Assembly (NCBI GenBank): GCA_039804105.1
Contig: JBDRZU010000002.1
Location: forward strand, 256,001 to 320,000
DNA: 64,000 nt
Reading direction: 5' to 3'
Source: a candidate division WOR-3 bacterium
Lineage (GTDB): Bacteria; Hydrothermota; 32-111
Positions 50,382 through 60,091 of the stretch are shown here, piece after piece; the stretch's first letter is position 1; each line of letters opens with the position of its first letter. The translations under genes and the position numbers were made by a program. The notes under the pieces were generated by a model. It was not told the DNA's origin. It was given only the letters and a program-made list of their open reading frames with translations, and did not search any database.

Positions 50382-51972
50382 TTCTAACAGTGTTAATTGT
50401 TTTTTTCAGTATTTCATTGTTGGGTTGCAGTTTTAAAGCTTCTTCCCAAAATTTTAGCGCATCCTCCTTTTTTCCTTTTCTATATTTGATATTTCCCAAT
50501 TTGTAAAAAACATCAAAATCTCCCTTATTCATATTCACGATCTGCTCAAGAACTATCTCAGCAGCCTCAAAATTTTTTTCCAAGAAGTAGAATTCAATCA
50601 ACGATTTATACGGTAAAACCTCATCACCACATACCTCTACACTCTTTTTCAAAAAATTTCCAGCACTTTCATATTTCCCAACAGCAAGATACATCTGTCC
50701 GAGATTATAATGATACTGCCATACTGAAGGGTCATTTTTGGAAAGTTCAAAAAATATTTCTGTTGCTTCGTTTATCATTCCATATTCAAAATATATCAAA
50801 CCCAAAAAATATTTTGCATATTTTAAACCTTTATCAATGTTTAAAGCCATCTTTAACTTTTCTTCTGCATCCGAAAAAAGATTTTCTTTGAAAAGGAGTA
50901 TACCATAGTTAGCAAGAATTTTGGGATTCTCGGGTTCCATCTTTACTGCTCTTTCATAAAACTCTTCAGCTCTTTCAAAAATTCCTAAACGTTCATATGT
51001 AAGAGCGATATTGTTAAATAGTGGAACACTCACAATACCCAATTTTAAAAGTTCCTCAAAATATTTTAAAGATTCATTGTAATCACGCATTCTAAAATAT
51101 ATGAGACCAAGATAAAAATATGCTTTTACATCACTCCTATCAAGTTGTATTATATGTTTAAATTCCCTTATCGCTTCTTCATACATTTCAGTCAAAAGAA
51201 AAGCAATACCAAGATTATAATGTTCCATTATCTTGTTCTGGGAATCGACGATCATCTCCGCACTCTTTTCCTCACCAGCATATATATAACCAAGTTTCAG
51301 TAAGGTATAAAGTTCCTTCCCTGTTTCATATTTTCCAACAGTTGATATTTCAAAAATCTCTTTAACGGTTTTGAATCCATCAACAAGTGAGAATACATAT
51401 CTCGTGATCTCATTATCTATCTCCTCTTCTTTTTTTATTCCCGTTTTCACAAGGACAGTTTTTTCCGAAGGCAATTCTTTTTCGATTATTGACCATTCAT
51501 CAATTTTTCTTGCCTCTTCAAGAAGAACATCATCAGCTTCTATTTCAACCGTAATCGTTTCGGTAACAGGTTCGATATTTGGCTCAAAGTTAAAAAATCC
51601 AGTTTTCCAAGTCAAAAGAGTGAAAATACTATCGGTAATCTGTTGTTTTATCCTTTTTTCAAGAACCTCTTTTGAAACAAAATTCATCTCAACGAGTATA
51701 TCACCGAGTCTTTTTTTCGATTTTATTTCCTCCTGATATTCAAGTGCTTTTTCCAATTGCTCTTTTGTGATATCGTTTGATTTTAACAGAAGATTCCCAA
51801 TCCTTTCCTCTCTGTTAACAATAGAACAATAAATTATTTTACCATCCTTGAAAAATATATCTCCAAAATTTTTCTTATCCGATACACTTAAAACTCCTGT
51901 CTTCCTCCCAAGAGAAAGTAACTGTATTATATCGGGTAAAGATGCTTCCTGTAAATTTCCCCTTATAGCCAT
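50374..51972 (-). CDS. DUF4388 (PATAN-like) + PilB/GSPII N-terminal-like insert + TPR protein
   Basis: GNL...SLPDIIQLL...KTG.L, RIGNLL/RLGDILV, W..G.F.F, ARKIDEW, then many TPRs. Confidence 0.85.
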   Translation of the reverse strand: MAIRGNLQEASLPDIIQLLSLGRKTGVLSVSDKKNFGDIFFKDGKIIYCSIVNREERIGNLLLKSNDITKEQLEKALEYQEEIKSKKRLGDILVEMNFVSKEVLEKRIKQQITDSIFTLLTWKTGFFNFEPNIEPVTETITVEIEADDVLLEEARKIDEWSIIEKELPSEKTVLVKTGIKKEEEIDNEITRYVFSLVDGFKTVKEIFEISTVGKYETGKELYTLLKLGYIYAGEEKSAEMIVDSQNKIMEHYNLGIAFLLTEMYEEAIREFKHIIQLDRSDVKAYFYLGLIYFRMRDYNESLKYFEELLKLGIVSVPLFNNIALTYERLGIFERAEEFYERAVKMEPENPKILANYGILLFKENLFSDAEEKLKMALNIDKGLKYAKYFLGLIYFEYGMINEATEIFFELSKNDPSVWQYHYNLGQMYLAVGKYESAGNFLKKSVEVCGDEVLPYKSLIEFYFLEKNFEAAEIVLEQIVNMNKGDFDVFYKLGNIKYRKGKKEDALKFWEEALKLQPNNEILKKTINTVRNG

Positions 51973-51974
51973 TT

Positions 51975-53633
51975 TCAAACCTCAAACTCTACATACAACC
52001 TGTCGGTATCACTTATCCATTCCTTAATCAACTTTGAAGAATCAAATTCACCTTTTCTAATATATTCTCTCTTTTTAATCGTTCCTGATGGAAACACTTT
52101 TTTTATAAGATCCTCGGTTATGCTCATCTCATACTTTTTCAACTCAAGAAAATATTTTTCAATTTCAGATAATGGAGTCGTAACATAATCTAAAAGAAAA
52201 TTAAAAAGTAAATCGTTCATTTTAATACCATATTTCAAAAGTAAATTTTTATACACATTCTTTTTTATAAAAAGTGAAGTTGGTTGAATATTGTAGGAGG
52301 TGTACTTATTGAACATATCAAGGATCTCTCTATCATCGATGCTGAATTTTCTTTGGAGAGTTATGACCTTTACAACATTATTTGAAAGAATATTCTTTAT
52401 CACAGGAACATTTTCTCTTCTTTCATAGATTTTATCAAGATCATCTATCAAAACAAGATCCACCTCGCTTATAAATTTCATAACATAAAAATTGTTTGCT
52501 GCCTGTTGTATGTTATTTCTGTTTATGAAAATGACCCTTTTATCAAGCAAACTATTAAAGAGTCCATTCAATATATGCGTTTTTCCTGTTCCAGGGCTAC
52601 CGGTTATCAAAACGATTTTATCAGTGTTAACTCCATTAATTATTTCACTGATTTTGTTTATTACAGATCTGTTCGAAGAATCTATAACAAAATTATTCAG
52701 ATTCATCAGAATACTTGTTTCTTTTTCAAAGAAGGTAAAATAGTTTATCTTTTCTTTTAAAAGATCAATTTTTTCTTTCAAGATCTCCACTCGATCTGGA
52801 TCAAAAAGCATCGATTCAATCTCTTTTGCTTCATTTTTAAACTTTTTCACATTAAGAAGTCCAAACTCCTTATGCAGATCAACAAGTTTTTTAACATTCT
52901 CAGTAAACTTTTCAAACTCTTTTCTGATATACCCAATATCTTTTGAATTGATAACATTTTTAAGATGCTCGACGTTAAAACCTTTCATCTCCCACACATA
53001 TAGTTTTTCTATAAATTCCTCTTTACTTTCCTGCTCGTCGAGTTTCTCTTCAACCCCTGCCTCTTTTTTTACCTGGCTTATGAAATCAACAAAATTTATA
53101 AAATTGTTATTTGTTTTCTTTTCCTTTATTAGATTATATACTTTAAACTGTAATAAAAATTCTCTTATCCTTTCAATATTCTTTATTTCCTCAACCTTTT
53201 TTGATGATGTAATCAAAAGAAAAGTGTTCGATTTTAAACCTAAAAAAAGTTCCTCAACAAATCTTAAAAGTTCAGGATGTTTTTCGATGTGATCAAAATT
53301 TTTTACCAGAAGAATATTCGCATAGGGAAAAATATTTTTGTATTTGATTAGTGTATCAGTTTTTTTTAGTTCAAAAATTTCTTTAAAATCAAGAACAAAA
53401 AGATATAATTCCCTGAATTTTCGTGAAAGATCGAAAAAAAGTTTATCAGCGAATTCATTCCCCGATCCATCGTTAGAATAAATTATTTCAAATCTATTTG
53501 TAAGATACCCTGTCGATAATGAATAGGAATATTCAGATTTTAAAAAGGGATCATCAGGTAAATTTTCTTTTACCGACCTGATACTAAAAACTGTAAAATT
53601 TTCCTGAAATTCCTTTATATCATTTTGGTTCAT
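51975..53633 (-). CDS. DnaA/Hda-like AAA+ protein with a degenerate N-terminal copy of the ATPase domain
   Basis: NFV...SN, GSPGTGKTHIL, DLVLIDD in the C-terminal half; degenerate YSNDGSGN/ILLVKNFD in the N-terminal half. Confidence 0.7.
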   Translation of the reverse strand: MNQNDIKEFQENFTVFSIRSVKENLPDDPFLKSEYSYSLSTGYLTNRFEIIYSNDGSGNEFADKLFFDLSRKFRELYLFVLDFKEIFELKKTDTLIKYKNIFPYANILLVKNFDHIEKHPELLRFVEELFLGLKSNTFLLITSSKKVEEIKNIERIREFLLQFKVYNLIKEKKTNNNFINFVDFISQVKKEAGVEEKLDEQESKEEFIEKLYVWEMKGFNVEHLKNVINSKDIGYIRKEFEKFTENVKKLVDLHKEFGLLNVKKFKNEAKEIESMLFDPDRVEILKEKIDLLKEKINYFTFFEKETSILMNLNNFVIDSSNRSVINKISEIINGVNTDKIVLITGSPGTGKTHILNGLFNSLLDKRVIFINRNNIQQAANNFYVMKFISEVDLVLIDDLDKIYERRENVPVIKNILSNNVVKVITLQRKFSIDDREILDMFNKYTSYNIQPTSLFIKKNVYKNLLLKYGIKMNDLLFNFLLDYVTTPLSEIEKYFLELKKYEMSITEDLIKKVFPSGTIKKREYIRKGEFDSSKLIKEWISDTDRLYVEFEV

Positions 53634-54235
53634 CTTTTATTTTTTTCAAATCTAGTTGTAAGATTCTTTATAACCGAAAACATCGACTCTTTAAGTGTTT
53701 CTATAACACCTATCCCCTTCGTTGCAACCGACTCAAAACTTTTCCATTCGTTTTTAAGTTGAAGAGTTGTTTTTATGGTTTCAATATCAAGAGCTGTTGG
53801 AAGATCCCTTTTATTGTATTGGATTATGAGAGGAATATTTTCTATCGATAGATTGTTCTCTTTTAGGTTTATTATAAGATTCTCAAAAGATTCTATGTTA
53901 TCTTCCATCCTATCAGCCTGTGAATCAATAACAAAAACAACTCCATCAGCACCCTGTAAAACGAGTTTTCTTGTTGAATCGTAATAAACCTGACCTGGAA
54001 CAGTATAGAGTTGGAATTTTGCATTGAAGTTACCAATTTTGCCAACATCAAAAGGTAGAAAATCAAAAAATAGAGTTCTATCCATTTCTGTTGCAAGTGA
54101 TGTCATCTCTCCCCTTTTGTCAGCAGGAATTTTACTGAATATGTATTGAAGGTTCGTTGTCTTACCTGACCTTCCTGGACCATAATAAACTATCTTACAG
54201 ATTATCTCTTTTTTTGCATAGTTTACAAGTGACAT
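53630..54235 (-). CDS. mglA: MglA-family small Ras-like GTPase
   Basis: KIVYYGPGRSGKTTNL, DRTLFFDF, LYTVPGQV, DGVVFV.DS, QYNKRDL. Confidence 0.93.
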   Translation of the reverse strand: MSLVNYAKKEIICKIVYYGPGRSGKTTNLQYIFSKIPADKRGEMTSLATEMDRTLFFDFLPFDVGKIGNFNAKFQLYTVPGQVYYDSTRKLVLQGADGVVFVIDSQADRMEDNIESFENLIINLKENNLSIENIPLIIQYNKRDLPTALDIETIKTTLQLKNEWKSFESVATKGIGVIETLKESMFSVIKNLTTRFEKNKR

Positions 54236-54242
54236 AATTACC

Positions 54243-55346
54243 TCAATCACCTTTTATTGTGTTGAAAACATCAGCATCGGTCGATTCTATTCCTCTCAAT
54301 TTTAACTTGAACTCATCAACATTTGTAACCGACTGTATTGCATCCTCATAGGAAATGATTCCACTTTTGTACAATCTCATGATCGATTGATCGAATGTAT
54401 GCATCTGATACATTGAACCTTCTTCTATCGCTGTTGGTATGAGAAGTGTTTTTATTGGATCAAGAAGGTATTCTTTTATCGTTGGCGTATTTATCATAAC
54501 TTCGGTTGCTGGAACCCTTCCCTTTCCATCTATTCTTGGAAGTAATCGTAATGAAATTACTCCAACAAGGGTTGTTGCAAGAAGAACCCTTATATGTTGC
54601 TGTTGGTGTGGTGGATAGAACGATAGTATTCTATTGATCGTTTCGGATGCATTCAGAGTATGCAGGGTCGAGAGAACAAGATGTCCTGTGTCCGCTGCTT
54701 TGATCGCGACATCCATAGTATCAACATCTCTTATCTCCCCCATGAGTATTATATCAGGATCCTGTCTTAAAACATGTTTTAAAGCACTCTCGTACGAGTT
54801 CGTGTCATTACCAACTTCTCTTTGAGAGATAACAGATTTTTTATCTCTAAAAAGATACTCTATGGGATCCTCTATCGTAATGATATTTTTCGAATGGTTT
54901 TCATTTATGTATTCTATCATCGCAGCAAGTGTTGTAGATTTTCCTGAACCTGTTGTACCGGTTGTAAGAATAAGCCCCCTCGGTTTTTCTGCCATCTCTT
55001 TTAAAACTGGTGGGAGATTCAGTTCATCTATTGATTTTGCGGATATAGGTATCGTTCTCATCGCTATTGCAACACTTCCTCTTTGCAGGTAAACATTTAC
55101 TCTGAACCTTGATAAGCCAGCTACTCCTATCGCAAAATCTATCTCTTTTTTTGCAGCAAACTCTTCCTGTTGAGTTTTCGTCATTATCTTTAATGCAATA
55201 TTCTTCAACTCATCTGGGCTCATCGGTTCTTCTTTTAAAATTTGCAATTTTCCATCTATTCTTAAAATAGGTGGAGTGCCCGCTTTTAGATGAAGATCCG
55301 ATGCTCCATCCTTTACCATTTTTTCAAGCAACGCTTTCAATTCCAT
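54243..55346 (-). CDS. pilT: Type IV pilus retraction ATPase (PilT/PilU family)
   Basis: ASDLH, GTTGSGKSTT, TIEDPIE, RQDPD, GEIRD, TGHLVLSTLH; AIRNLIRE motif replaced by TIKEYLLD. Confidence 0.88.
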   Translation of the reverse strand: MELKALLEKMVKDGASDLHLKAGTPPILRIDGKLQILKEEPMSPDELKNIALKIMTKTQQEEFAAKKEIDFAIGVAGLSRFRVNVYLQRGSVAIAMRTIPISAKSIDELNLPPVLKEMAEKPRGLILTTGTTGSGKSTTLAAMIEYINENHSKNIITIEDPIEYLFRDKKSVISQREVGNDTNSYESALKHVLRQDPDIILMGEIRDVDTMDVAIKAADTGHLVLSTLHTLNASETINRILSFYPPHQQQHIRVLLATTLVGVISLRLLPRIDGKGRVPATEVMINTPTIKEYLLDPIKTLLIPTAIEEGSMYQMHTFDQSIMRLYKSGIISYEDAIQSVTNVDEFKLKLRGIESTDADVFNTIKGD

Positions 55347-55358
55347 ATTCTCTCCTTA

Positions 55359-55916
55359 TTATACTCTTTCAACATATTCACCGGTTCGTGTATCTATCCT
55401 GATTCTATCTCCAACATTCAAAAAAAGTGGAACCGTAACTTTAAGTCCAGTATCACAAACAGCCGGTTTACTACCACCCGATACAGTGTTCCCTCTTACG
55501 CCTGGTTCGGTTTCTACTATCTCTAATTCCACAAAGATTGGAACTTCAATATCAATAACTCTATCTCCAACAGAAAGTAAAGTAACATCCATATTTTCTT
55601 TTAAATAAAACCTTTTCTCCTGCAATATATCCTCTGTTAAACTTATCTGTTCATATGTCTCGTTGTTCATGAAAATGTACTCTTCTCCATCTCTGTATAA
55701 AAATTGAAATGGATTCCTTTCTAGTTTTATCTCGTTCAAACTTTTTCCAGAATCAAAAGTCATATCGATAATATTGCCATTCTCAAGGTTCCTTAACTTC
55801 GTTCTTACAAAAGCTCCACCTTTACCTGGTTTCACATGTTGAAAATCAACAACAAGGTAGATCTTTCCTTCATATTCAAAAGCAAAACCTTTTCTAATAT
55901 CTGCAGTAGTAGCCAT
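55359..55916 (-). CDS. efp: Elongation factor P
   Basis: HVKPGKGGAF, PGVRG.T, DTRTGEY. Confidence 0.97.
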   Translation of the reverse strand: MATTADIRKGFAFEYEGKIYLVVDFQHVKPGKGGAFVRTKLRNLENGNIIDMTFDSGKSLNEIKLERNPFQFLYRDGEEYIFMNNETYEQISLTEDILQEKRFYLKENMDVTLLSVGDRVIDIEVPIFVELEIVETEPGVRGNTVSGGSKPAVCDTGLKVTVPLFLNVGDRIRIDTRTGEYVERV

Positions 55917-55926
55917 TAAACCTCCA

Positions 55927-57348
55927 TCATTTTTTCTTTTGGTTTATAAATTTTATCCACTCCTGAAAATTTCCATCGAAAGAAGATTTTTCTTCTTTCT
56001 TTTCTTCCGATTTGTTTTCATTATCCCGTTTTTCTTTTGTACTCTTTATCTCGTAATCCACTTCTTTTTTCTCTTCAATTTTTTCCTCAGATTCTTTTTT
56101 ATCTGTTTCTTCCATCATTGTTTTATTTTCTGTCTGTTCAACATTTTTCGTTTCAAATGTGGCATTTTCTTCAAGGTTACCAAACTTTTTTTCAAAATCA
56201 ATTTTTTCCTTTTCAGAAATATTTTCGATAGATAAGGATCTGTTAAGCTTTTCAATAAGCTCAGCTCTATTTTCTTTTTTCTCGACCTCATCACTTTTAA
56301 ACATTTCTTCATCAACCTCATTTTTTATCATAAGTTCTCTAAGGGTTCTAATCTTTTCTGCATATCTTTCCTCATCGGGATTCTGACGAAGAAGTGTCTG
56401 ATAAATATCTATAGCTTTTTCATACTTTTTCTGTTCAATATATATATTGGCCATCTCTTCGGAAAAGTATAGAAATCTTTTTGCACCACTCAACTCATAA
56501 GGAATAATCTTTTCTTCTTTTTTCTCTTCCCTTTTTATAAAAGGATCAACATCCTTTTTAACAAATTGTTCCTCATCGATTATTCCAACACTTTTGCTTT
56601 CCCTGGTTTCATCTTTATTTGTATTATCAGTGTTATTTTTCTCCTCTTTTGTAAAAATAAAAGAAGTTTTTGAATGTTCTAAAACCATTCCATTTTCTTC
56701 TTTTGTTTCAATCTCTTTAATCTTTTCCGATTTTTTCTCATCTTTCTTTTGATCTGTTTTCTCTTCCTTTTTTTCTTCCTCATCAAAACTGATGACATTT
56801 GAGGAATGTTGAATGATAAAGTCATCAACTATTTTTTTCTCTTCAAAAGCATCTTTTTGAATAACTTCTTTCTTTTCTTCCTCTTTCTTTAAAAGTTTTT
56901 CTTTTTCTTCTTTTATTCTATTTTCCTCTTCAATCTTCCCTTTAATAAACTTCAATTCCCTTTTTGCATCTTCGTTAAGAGGATCAAGGAAAAGAATCGT
57001 ATCATAAAGTTTTAAGGCCTCCTGTAGGTTTCCTTCCCTTTTCTTTATTTCTGCAAGTTCAGAGAAGGCAACTATGTTTTGAGGATCAAGCTTGATGACC
57101 TTTTCAAAATTTTTTGAAGCGTTAACAAAATCTTTTTTTTCTTTAAGAGCTTTTCCATAGAGAACAAGAGCTGAAACATTATCAACATTGTATCTTAAAC
57201 CCTCTTTTAAAACCGCAAGAGATTCATCAACCATATTTATTTTCAAATAGATATTTGCAAGTTTAATAAAAGATTTAGATTTAGGATTCTTAGAAATATC
57301 CTCAAGTAATTCTTTTATCTCTTTTTCATACATACTGTAAGAGTTCAA
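55927..57348 (-). CDS. TPR protein with long E/K-rich linkers
   Basis: N-terminal TPRs, an isolated TPR (MANIYIEQ..Y..A..IY..L), F..W C-terminal tip; TTG start after GGAGG. Confidence 0.8.
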   Translation of the reverse strand: MNSYSMYEKEIKELLEDISKNPKSKSFIKLANIYLKINMVDESLAVLKEGLRYNVDNVSALVLYGKALKEKKDFVNASKNFEKVIKLDPQNIVAFSELAEIKKREGNLQEALKLYDTILFLDPLNEDAKRELKFIKGKIEEENRIKEEKEKLLKKEEEKKEVIQKDAFEEKKIVDDFIIQHSSNVISFDEEEKKEEKTDQKKDEKKSEKIKEIETKEENGMVLEHSKTSFIFTKEEKNNTDNTNKDETRESKSVGIIDEEQFVKKDVDPFIKREEKKEEKIIPYELSGAKRFLYFSEEMANIYIEQKKYEKAIDIYQTLLRQNPDEERYAEKIRTLRELMIKNEVDEEMFKSDEVEKKENRAELIEKLNRSLSIENISEKEKIDFEKKFGNLEENATFETKNVEQTENKTMMEETDKKESEEKIEEKKEVDYEIKSTKEKRDNENKSEEKKEEKSSFDGNFQEWIKFINQKKK

Positions 57349-57455
57349 AGTTCCTCCGTTGAGATTTCTTAAAATAAAAATTATAATTAAAATATATAAA
57401 AGTGTCAACAACTCTTTTATATTGATTTTTGTTTATAATTTAATATAATTTAATA

Positions 57456-57800
57456 ATGAAAAGGATCATACTCATTGAAGACGATCTTGATATAATTGAA
57501 CTTTTACTTGATATACTTTCCGAAAAGTATCAAATCTTCTATGAAACGAATGTTGAGAATTTTTTTAACCGAACCGATATAGAGACATTTGATCTTATAA
57601 TAACCGACTATCTTTTGAACAATTATTCAGCAAAGGATATAATCCAAAAATATACTCATAAAAAAATTCTCATCATTTCAGCCCTATCCATATCATCACT
57701 TGAGATTTTAAATTTTGTTGATAATAAAAGGGTATTCTATTTACAAAAACCTTTCGTTATCGATACTCTTATTTCAACAGTTGATAGTATCATCACCTGA
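57456..57800 (+). CDS. Single-domain response regulator (CheY-like)
   Basis: IEDD, ITD, ISA, KPF. Confidence 0.85.
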   Translation: MKRIILIEDDLDIIELLLDILSEKYQIFYETNVENFFNRTDIETFDLIITDYLLNNYSAKDIIQKYTHKKILIISALSISSLEILNFVDNKRVFYLQKPFVIDTLISTVDSIIT

Positions 57801-58428
57801 ATTTTTTTAAACTCTCTAAAGTTTCAAAATACTCTTCACCTTTTAACATACTTTTAAAGTGGTCAACGGATAAAAAGAAATAAATTAACGCAAAAATTAT
57901 AGCCATTCCAACATATATTGTAGAGTATTTTTGAAGATAAAGGATCAAAGGAAAGAGTGAAAAAAGTATTAAACCCAAAAGAGCAGGTCTTTTTAACACA
58001 GGTGTTAAAATCAAAAAGATGAAAAGGTATGAAATCAAAATCTCTGGAAATAAAGCAAGAAGAACACCCAACGTTGTTGCAAGCCCTTTTCCTCCTTTAA
58101 AGTTTAAAAATATGGGAAAAATGTGTCCCATAACAGATATTATTCCTGCAAATATTAACAGGAGATCTTTCTGTGAAAAATTTTCCGGAAGAATTCTTTT
58201 TACAACGATAACAGATAGAGCACCCTTTGAAATATCAAAGATTAAAGTTAAAATACCTATAAAAGCGCCTCCCTCGATTAAAACATTCGTTGCTCCAATA
58301 TTCTTTCTTTTTCCTTCTTTTCTTATATCTTTTCCCGTTTTCAGTTTATAGAATATGTATCCGGAAGGGAAAGAACCAAATAGGTAAGAAAAAAGCAAAA
58401 TTGTAACAAGGTATAGATACACATGCAT
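57793..58428 (-). CDS. plsY: Glycerol-3-phosphate acyltransferase
   Basis: GSFP, NIGATN, DISKG, GH.FP..L.FKGGKG.AT. Confidence 0.9.
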   Translation of the reverse strand: MHVYLYLVTILLFSYLFGSFPSGYIFYKLKTGKDIRKEGKRKNIGATNVLIEGGAFIGILTLIFDISKGALSVIVVKRILPENFSQKDLLLIFAGIISVMGHIFPIFLNFKGGKGLATTLGVLLALFPEILISYLFIFLILTPVLKRPALLGLILFSLFPLILYLQKYSTIYVGMAIIFALIYFFLSVDHFKSMLKGEEYFETLESLKKFR

Positions 58429-58442
58429 ACTTTCTCTGCTCT

Positions 58443-58472
58443 AAAAAAAGAGGGCTTTTAAAAGCCCTCTTT
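58443..58472 (-). terminator. Intrinsic terminator after pilQ
   Basis: Palindrome aaagagggcttttaaaagccctcttt with a U tract on the minus strand. Confidence 0.8.
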
Positions 58473-58481
58473 ATTATCTTG

Positions 58482-60083
58482 TTATTTTATATCCCTTATT
58501 ATGTGTGGTGTTATGAAGATTAAAACTTCTTTGTTATTTTTGGTAGATATATCCCTTTTGAACAGATTACCTAAAATCGGTATCGCTCTTAAAATTGGTA
58601 TTCCACTTTCAGATCTCTGATCCTCTGTGAGAATGAAACCACCCATCACAACAGTTTCACCATCTGAAACCATTTGAACGGTTTTTGCCTGTGTCTTATT
58701 TATTATTGGCTGTCCACCTGCATCAGCGGTAACAGTTGAAAGTTCCGCTTCTATTTCAAGAGTTATATCCTCTGCTGAGTTTACATGTGGTATCACATTT
58801 AAAATTGTTCCCACAGTATATTTTGTATAGTTGACTGTTCCATCTGTGTTTATAGTTGTAAGGAAGAATTCTTTTCCACCAAGAATGTTTGCCTGAGTAT
58901 TGTTTGTAGTTGTTATCCTTGGATTTGACACAGTTTTTGACTTTCCAACAACCTCAAGTGCATCGAGTCGTGCACTCAATTGACCGAAATCTCTTGTTGT
59001 TCCTATTGTTACGGTTCCAGCTGTCATACTCGAAGGATCAACTCCCGGAATTCCTCCACCGATTGTGACCTGATTTATTCCAACATTGTTCAATGTCCAT
59101 GATATTCCAAGTTCTTTTGAATCGTTCAACTGGATCTCAACAACTTTTACAACGATTTCAACCTGGAGGTTTTTCTTATCAAGATCCTCTATAATACTCT
59201 GTATTCTGTTTTGAACATCCTGAATATCCTTAACGATTATTGAGTTTGTTCTTTCATCTATCGTTATTATACCTCTTTTCGACAGAACAGGTCTTAAAGA
59301 ATTCTGTAAAACTTTTGGATTAGCAAATTCGAGTTTATACACTGTTGTTATCAAAGGTAAGGCATCCTGCATAGCTGTTTGTTCTGAAGAGAACTCTTTG
59401 TATGTTCCAACCCTTATCATGTTTGGATATTCTTGATAGGTCAGCCCCGCTAACCTTGTTACCATATCGAAAATATCTTTCCATGGAACATCTTTTACAT
59501 GGATTGTTACTCTACCGGTCACAGAACTTGATATCACAAGGTTTACCCCAACATAATCAGCGATTCCTCTTAAAAGTGTCACAACATCAGCATTTTCGAC
59601 ATCAAGTGAAATCAAGAAATCTGAATTCTTTGTTGTAACACCACCGGATTGTTCTTTGGATGTTGGTTTGGCGGTTGATGCTTTCCATACGGGGATATCG
59701 GTATTTACATTCTTGTTCAGTTGAATAACGATATCGTTGCCTTTATATTCCTTTGAATACGCATACTTATCATCTGTTTCAATCATCACTCTTAAAAAGT
59801 TTGTTTCATAGTCCTTTATGATCTCAAACGAAATAATCCCTGAACCATTGTTAACCTTATAGTATCCTCCATTTAACCCATTGTCTATACCTATAAGATC
59901 GATAACTATCATGTTTGGTGAAGTTATCGAAAAATCTGTAAAATTTGCAACTTTATCAAGTGAAAATCTTATCTCCGTTTTGCCATTTACGGTGTTAACA
60001 GTTATATCGTTGAGAAGCCCAAGAGAAAAAACCGAGATTGAGAGAAGAAATACAAAGGACAAAATAAAAATTCTCTTTATCAT
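58482..60083 (-). CDS. pilQ: Type IV pilus secretin
   Basis: AMIN-like domain, DERTNSIIV, DGETVVMGG, GIPIL..IPILG.LF, IFITPHI. Confidence 0.93.
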   Translation of the reverse strand: MIKRIFILSFVFLLSISVFSLGLLNDITVNTVNGKTEIRFSLDKVANFTDFSITSPNMIVIDLIGIDNGLNGGYYKVNNGSGIISFEIIKDYETNFLRVMIETDDKYAYSKEYKGNDIVIQLNKNVNTDIPVWKASTAKPTSKEQSGGVTTKNSDFLISLDVENADVVTLLRGIADYVGVNLVISSSVTGRVTIHVKDVPWKDIFDMVTRLAGLTYQEYPNMIRVGTYKEFSSEQTAMQDALPLITTVYKLEFANPKVLQNSLRPVLSKRGIITIDERTNSIIVKDIQDVQNRIQSIIEDLDKKNLQVEIVVKVVEIQLNDSKELGISWTLNNVGINQVTIGGGIPGVDPSSMTAGTVTIGTTRDFGQLSARLDALEVVGKSKTVSNPRITTTNNTQANILGGKEFFLTTINTDGTVNYTKYTVGTILNVIPHVNSAEDITLEIEAELSTVTADAGGQPIINKTQAKTVQMVSDGETVVMGGFILTEDQRSESGIPILRAIPILGNLFKRDISTKNNKEVLIFITPHIIRDIK

Positions 60084-60091
60084 TTATTACC

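Noticed and set aside
51975..53633. Calling this gene dnaA
   Set aside because: No recognisable domain I or IV, no dnaN neighbour, and it sits inside the mglA operon.
55940..56940. Tandem repeat or CRISPR-like array
   Set aside because: It is low-complexity Glu/Lys coding sequence with no fixed repeat-spacer pattern.
57349..57411. Apparent N-terminal TM segment on the TPR protein
   Set aside because: It is translated promoter DNA upstream of the GGAGG RBS.
9759..58472. REP/MITE family from similar palindromes at 9761, 11107 and 58447
   Set aside because: The stems differ, and each follows a gene end with A/T tails, as expected for ordinary terminators.
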